Part shown: positions 59,814 through 64,000 of the stretch, in pieces
How positions within the stretch are numbered: position 1 is the first letter of the stretch
Layout: every line of letters begins with the position of its first letter
From: Rheinheimera sp.
GTDB taxonomy: Bacteria; Pseudomonadota; Gammaproteobacteria; Enterobacterales; Alteromonadaceae
Assembly (NCBI GenBank): GCA_037968955.1
Contig: JBBKWN010000146.1
Span: 1,051 to 65,050 of the forward strand
Reading direction: 5' to 3'
DNA length: 64,000 nt
The notes under the pieces: generated by a model
What the model saw: only the letters and a program-made list of their open reading frames with translations
Databases searched by the model: none
What the model was told of the DNA's origin: nothing
Made by a program: the position numbers and the translations under genes

Positions 59814-60689
59814 ATGGCACGTTCGACAATTGAACAGTGGCGGATGTTTAAAGCGGTGGCTGAGCAAGGCGGTTTTCAGCAAGCGGCGGATGTGATTTAT
59901 AAAAGCCAATCCAGCATTCACCATGCGGTGCATAAAATGGAAGAATTGCTCGGTGTGACGCTGTTTCAAGTCGAAGGGCGCAAAACCCAACTGACCAGTG
60001 CCGGTGAGCAATTGCTGCGGCGGGTGAATTATTTACTAGCTGAAGCCGAACGGATGGAAAACGTCGCGCTGAATTTAAAATTTGGCGTTGAGTCGAGCCT
60101 AAATATTGCAGTGGACGAAGCTTTTCCTCGGGACCCGTTGTTTCAAGTGCTGGCTGCGGTTTCGGCCGAGTATCCGTTGATCCGCATTGAGCTGCTAGAA
60201 ACCATTCTCACCGGTGCCAATGAACTGCTACGCCAAGGTAAAGCGGATATCGCGTTATCCCCTTTTACGCTGCCAGATAATTTAAGTGAAGATATTTGTC
60301 AGGTTGAGTTTATTGCGGTGGCCGGGGCTGAACATCCGCTCAATCAGCCGAGGCGTGAGCTGACCCTCGAAGAGCTGAAAACGTGTCGGCAGATTGTGAT
60401 CCGGGATTCGGCGCAGGCAGAAAAAAAAGATGTTGGCTGGCTGGGCTCCGAGCAGCGCTGGACAGTGAGCCATGTCAGCACCTCGATTGAATTATTGCGA
60501 AAAAACCTTGGGTTTGCGTGGCTGCCGCTAAACGCCGTGCAGCCATTTTTAGATGATGGGTCGTTATTGCCATTGCAGCTTCCAAGAGGCGCCCGTCGCA
60601 CTACCACCTTTTATTTAAATTTTAATGATGCCGATACTTTAGGACCGGTGGCGCGCAGTTTTATTGGCCATTTGCGGTTTTTAACCTAA
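59814..60689 (+). CDS. LysR-family transcriptional regulator
   Basis: N-terminal HTH WRMFKAVAEQGGFQQAADVIYKSQSSIHHAVHKMEE with a C-terminal substrate-binding fold. 291 aa. Confidence 0.9.
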   Translation: MARSTIEQWRMFKAVAEQGGFQQAADVIYKSQSSIHHAVHKMEELLGVTLFQVEGRKTQLTSAGEQLLRRVNYLLAEAERMENVALNLKFGVESSLNIAVDEAFPRDPLFQVLAAVSAEYPLIRIELLETILTGANELLRQGKADIALSPFTLPDNLSEDICQVEFIAVAGAEHPLNQPRRELTLEELKTCRQIVIRDSAQAEKKDVGWLGSEQRWTVSHVSTSIELLRKNLGFAWLPLNAVQPFLDDGSLLPLQLPRGARRTTTFYLNFNDADTLGPVARSFIGHLRFLT

Positions 60690-60849
60690 AGCAGCGGCGT
60701 GCGCGCGATGAAGCCCCTTCGCAACAAACCACATTATGTGGCAGGCCGCCGATTGTACTTCAGCAGTAATTTAATTTATAACAATAGCTTGTGACACAAA
60801 TGGGGCGCCTAGGTCAATGCGCCCGGGCACTGCATTTTGGAGCAACATC

Positions 60850-61419
60850 ATGGCTGATTTAAAACAGGCACTGGCAACACAGCTGGCGAATATTGAGCAA
60901 CGTAGCGGCAAAACATGGCTTGAACTTGCCAGCTTGATCAACAGCAGTAATCTCACCAAACATAACGAGTTAGTGGCGATGTTAAAGGCAACCTTAGGCA
61001 TGGGGCATGGTGATGCCAATACGTTGGTGCATACCGTCCGGCAAACCGACACCCAGTCAGCAGTTGCCGATCTAACTGAACAGCAAGTGCTCGATAGTTT
61101 GTATGTTGGCGCCAAAGCAGCGCTGCGGCCCATTCACGACATGCTGTTAGCCAACATCCAGCAATGGGGGCCATTTGAAGCCGCGGCGAAAAAAACTTAT
61201 GTCAGTTATCGGCGCAATAAACAATTTGCGATGATAGGACCTGCCACCAATAGTCAGCTTGAAGTGGGGCTAAATATTAAACAACTACCGGAAGATGCCC
61301 GGTTAAAAGCCTTGCCGGCTGGGCAAATGTGTAATTACAAAGTCAGGCTCAAGGATATTAATGAAGTGGATAGCCAACTACTGGCATGGCTGGCGGCAGC
61401 TTTTGCAGCAGCCGAGTAA
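60850..61419 (+). CDS. DUF4287/DUF5655-like protein
   Basis: ATG 60850 follows TGGAG. The N-terminus IEQRSGKTWLELASLINSSNLTKHNELVAMLK..GMGHGDANTLV is characteristic of DUF4287 as I remember it. Confidence 0.6.
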   Translation: MADLKQALATQLANIEQRSGKTWLELASLINSSNLTKHNELVAMLKATLGMGHGDANTLVHTVRQTDTQSAVADLTEQQVLDSLYVGAKAALRPIHDMLLANIQQWGPFEAAAKKTYVSYRRNKQFAMIGPATNSQLEVGLNIKQLPEDARLKALPAGQMCNYKVRLKDINEVDSQLLAWLAAAFAAAE

Positions 61420-61444
61420 AAAGTAAGGGGTTTGTCGTGCAGCG

Positions 61445-61473
61445 ATAGAACCAGCATGGTGCTCTGGTTCTAT
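61445..61473. terminator. Perfect 10-bp hairpin between convergent genes
   Basis: atagaaccag, loop catggtgct, ctggttctat. No clear T-run. Confidence 0.45.
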
Positions 61474-61504
61474 GCCGTTGGCTTAACAGTGATGTGGGTA
61501 AAGC

Positions 61505-62155
61505 TTACATCCAGCGATCTTTGCGGCGACGATTTGGCATAATGACGGGCAAAATTAAACCAAGTAATAAACCCGCAGCAAGAATGCCGCCACCAATCAC
61601 CAGTTTATTCTGCGCCAGCGGCGGGTTTTGCTCAGCCAGTTGTTTGGTCAGCGCCGATGTGGTGAGTTTGGCCAATTCTGCTTCTTGAATCGCTTGATCA
61701 CGTGCCGCTTCGGCAGTCGTTACCATCGCTTGCATCGTTGTTCTTTCTTGTTCGAATTGCGCCGAAATCATTTCCTGCTGGCGTAATTGCTGCTTTAAGC
61801 TTTCCAGACTGGATTTTGGGCTCGCCAGATCGGTGATGTATTCACCGCTAAGCCAACCTTCATTTCCAGCATCATCACGAATTTTGATAAAACCATTGGC
61901 TGGGTTTTGCCCGATATAAGTGACACTTTCACCCGCCTTTACCGTTGAAATACTGCGATATTCGTTACCAGGGCCGGTTCGCACTGCGGTACTGAGTGTA
62001 TCGATAATAAACACCGGTTTTTCATTGCTGGCTGGTTTTTCTTCGACGGTTGGCGTCGTTTCAACCGGAGTCTCCTGCGCCGTTAGCGATAAGCTGGCCG
62101 ACAATACCGCGCAGTAAAAAGAGTAATAACAAACAGAGCGAAACAAATCAGACAT
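61505..62155 (-). CDS. ygiM: SH3-domain protein with a C-terminal membrane anchor (YgiM family)
   Basis: Signal-like N-terminus, SH3b segment (VRTGPGNEYRSISTVKAGESV...GWLSGEYI), coiled coil, and TM plus RRRKDRW tail. Adjacent to and divergent from ygiF, as in E. coli. Confidence 0.8.
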   Translation of the reverse strand: MSDLFRSVCYYSFYCAVLSASLSLTAQETPVETTPTVEEKPASNEKPVFIIDTLSTAVRTGPGNEYRSISTVKAGESVTYIGQNPANGFIKIRDDAGNEGWLSGEYITDLASPKSSLESLKQQLRQQEMISAQFEQERTTMQAMVTTAEAARDQAIQEAELAKLTTSALTKQLAEQNPPLAQNKLVIGGGILAAGLLLGLILPVIMPNRRRKDRWM

Positions 62156-62307
62156 AACAGGTTCTCATCCAACCGGAACAGGCGAGTAATGCTTTGGATC
62201 ATAGGGAGTTGTTAACCGCTTGACAAGCAAAAACACTTGCTGCGTGCCATTGGATGCCCTATGTTGCGCTTTGCACAGCCAACAAGCAGCACAGGGGCGC
62301 TATTCGT

Positions 62308-63273
62308 ATGAGTCTGGAAGTGGAATTAAAATTATCGGTGATGGCTCCGATGTCAGCAGCATTGCTGCAAAACATTGACGAATGCTGGCCAAACCTTGCA
62401 AACCATGTGCAGTCACATGCCCCAGTGACGTTACTCAATGCCTATTTTGATACGGCCGAACAATGGTTTCGTCGCCACGATGCTGGCCTTCGGAGCCGCT
62501 GTAAAAATGGCCAATATCAACAAACGATTAAGTTAGCTGGCCAGCAACTTGGCGCGGCGCACGTGCGCCCAGAATACAATCAACCTTGTGCTGATGTAAC
62601 ACCGAAACTTGCTGATTTCCCGAACGAAGTATGGCCAGCAGGTACTGACGTTACCGCTTTACAGCAACAATTACAGGAGCTGTTTCGCACTGATTTTGTT
62701 CGGCATTGCTGGTTATTAACATTGCCAGACGGTACCGAGGTTGAGGCGGTATTGGATCACGGCGCGGTGTTGGCTGCGGGTCAGCAACAACCCCTGCTGG
62801 AAATTGAACTCGAGTTGGTCAGCGGTGATGCGCAGCAGCTGTTTTGGCTCGCCCGCCAATTGTTAGCGCGTTTCCCCTTGTGTTTGGGCTTCCAATCCAA
62901 AGCCGAACGCGGTTATCGCTTGGCGCAACATCAACCGTTGCAGTTGGCCGAGGTGTCGACTGACCCAGCCTTAAATTTCAGTCAATTGTTACGCCAGCTG
63001 CAGCAAAACTTATGGCTGCAACAGCAGGCTTTGCCATCGACAGCGCCGAATTTTTCGCCGCCAGCCTTAGAAGCGGCTATCCGCCAACAATGGCAACAAT
63101 TACAGCAGTTGCTGCAAAGAACAATGGCGTCGTCGGCCGCTGAGCCATCGGTTGTGTTGCAAGACTTACAACAACGCGCCGGCACTTTGGACTTATCGCA
63201 GTCTCCAGCGATGTCGTTATGGTTATTAGATTTTTCCGGCTGGCTGCTAGCCCAACCCACAGGAAGTAACTGA
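62308..63273 (+). CDS. ygiF: CYTH-domain inorganic triphosphatase (YgiF-like)
   Basis: ATG 62308 gives MSLEVELKL with the ExExK CYTH signature. It lies upstream of glnE. Confidence 0.8.
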   Translation: MSLEVELKLSVMAPMSAALLQNIDECWPNLANHVQSHAPVTLLNAYFDTAEQWFRRHDAGLRSRCKNGQYQQTIKLAGQQLGAAHVRPEYNQPCADVTPKLADFPNEVWPAGTDVTALQQQLQELFRTDFVRHCWLLTLPDGTEVEAVLDHGAVLAAGQQQPLLEIELELVSGDAQQLFWLARQLLARFPLCLGFQSKAERGYRLAQHQPLQLAEVSTDPALNFSQLLRQLQQNLWLQQQALPSTAPNFSPPALEAAIRQQWQQLQQLLQRTMASSAAEPSVVLQDLQQRAGTLDLSQSPAMSLWLLDFSGWLLAQPTGSN

Positions 63274-63274
63274 G

Positions 63275-64000
63275 ATGAGTAGCAATAATGTCCCAGAGTT
63301 AGCCGTCAATGCCGCGCCGCCATTAAGCGAAGCGCTGCAACAAACGGTGCAAAGCCAGCTAGCACCCCACGTTTTGAGTACACTTTCAACTGCGCAATAT
63401 CAGCGAATTCAACATCTGGTGGCTTGCAGTAGTTTTGCCGGGCGCATCTTGTTGCAGCAGCCGGAACTAATCCAATCGCTGTTAGCATCGCAGCTACCCG
63501 CGCCACTGCAGCTAACTGCTGCCGCCAGTGAAATCGAGGTCATGCGCCAACTACGCCGCTATCGGAATGCTTGTTTGGTGCATAGTTTGGCGGCCGATGT
63601 CTGGGCCGAACAAACGGTGGCGCATTCGTTAGAGCGGGTGTCTAAACTGGCTGATGAGCTGATCAACGCCGCCTATCAGTGGGCCTATGCCGAACTGGTT
63701 AAACAGTGGGGGCAACCCCTGGATGAGCATGGCCAAGCCATGCCGCTGTTGATCTTAGGGATGGGGAAGCTGGGTGGCGGGGAGCTGAATTTTTCTTCTG
63801 ACATCGATTTAATTTTTGCCTATCCACACAATGGCGATACCAGCGGTGGTCGGCGTAGCTGCGAAAATCAGCAGTTTTATACCAAGCTTGGCCAGAAGCT
63901 GATTGCACTGTTACATCAGGTTACGGCTGATGGTTTTGTTTATCGGGTCGATATGCGATTGCGGCCTTTTGGTGACAGCGGTCCTTTGGTGCTGAGTTTT
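63275..64000 (+). CDS. glnE: Glutamine synthetase adenylyltransferase, N-terminal 242 codons (3' end is outside the window)
   Basis: Open frame from ATG 63275 to the window end; absent from the ORF track because no stop is reached. Nucleotidyltransferase motif GMGKLGGGELNFSSDIDLIF, followed by YRVDMRLRPFG. Confidence 0.9.
   Translation, partial: MSSNNVPELAVNAAPPLSEALQQTVQSQLAPHVLSTLSTAQYQRIQHLVACSSFAGRILLQQPELIQSLLASQLPAPLQLTAAASEIEVMRQLRRYRNACLVHSLAADVWAEQTVAHSLERVSKLADELINAAYQWAYAELVKQWGQPLDEHGQAMPLLILGMGKLGGGELNFSSDIDLIFAYPHNGDTSGGRRSCENQQFYTKLGQKLIALLHQVTADGFVYRVDMRLRPFGDSGPLVLSF

Noticed and set aside
1-64000. Search for mobile elements, prophage, defence islands, tRNA/rRNA genes and riboswitches.
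   Set aside because: I found no transposase, integrase, recombinase, cas, restriction (other than the orphan dam), toxin-antitoxin or phage-like ORF. No cloverleaf-like or rRNA-like segments appear in the intergenic regions. Riboswitch or sRNA presence cannot be ruled out without covariance-model scanning.

Overview
This is a chromosomal window from a gammaproteobacterium. Gene content and order resemble Alteromonadales or Chromatiales-type taxa, but the exact taxon cannot be determined without a search. I call about 52 protein-coding genes. I recognise no rRNA, tRNA, CRISPR array, transposase or integrase. Most of the window is housekeeping and falls into blocks colinear with E. coli K-12: metJ<>metBL; argC-argB-argF-argG-argH; mrcA<>pilMNOPQ-aroK-aroB-damX-dam-(3-gene insertion)-rpe-trpS; and plsY<>folB-folK ... 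cca ... ygiM<>ygiF-glnE. Two lineage-specific blocks interrupt that last backbone. Block A (33.4-45.7 kb) holds an RND efflux pair and a 2384-aa mosaic surface protein. Block B (47.0-61.5 kb) holds gspAB, a degenerate HD-GYP protein, a lipoprotein-ECF sigma-anti-sigma module, putA<>Lrp-type regulator, a GNAT, DoxX-pirin, TauE, LysR and a DUF4287-like gene. Three things stand out. (1) The giant surface-protein ORF reads in frame through a GlyGly-CTERM-like sorting signal into what looks like a complete signal peptide plus an 8-strand outer-membrane beta-barrel. (2) An AT-rich islet between metL and a SulP transporter carries an unlisted 57-codon ORF with a double-glycine-type leader, followed by an orphan polytopic membrane protein. 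(3) Several unrelated 14-17 bp tandem repeats and dyads sit in promoter-proximal or gene-end positions. All calls rest on reading the sequence and on remembered family motifs; no database search was possible.
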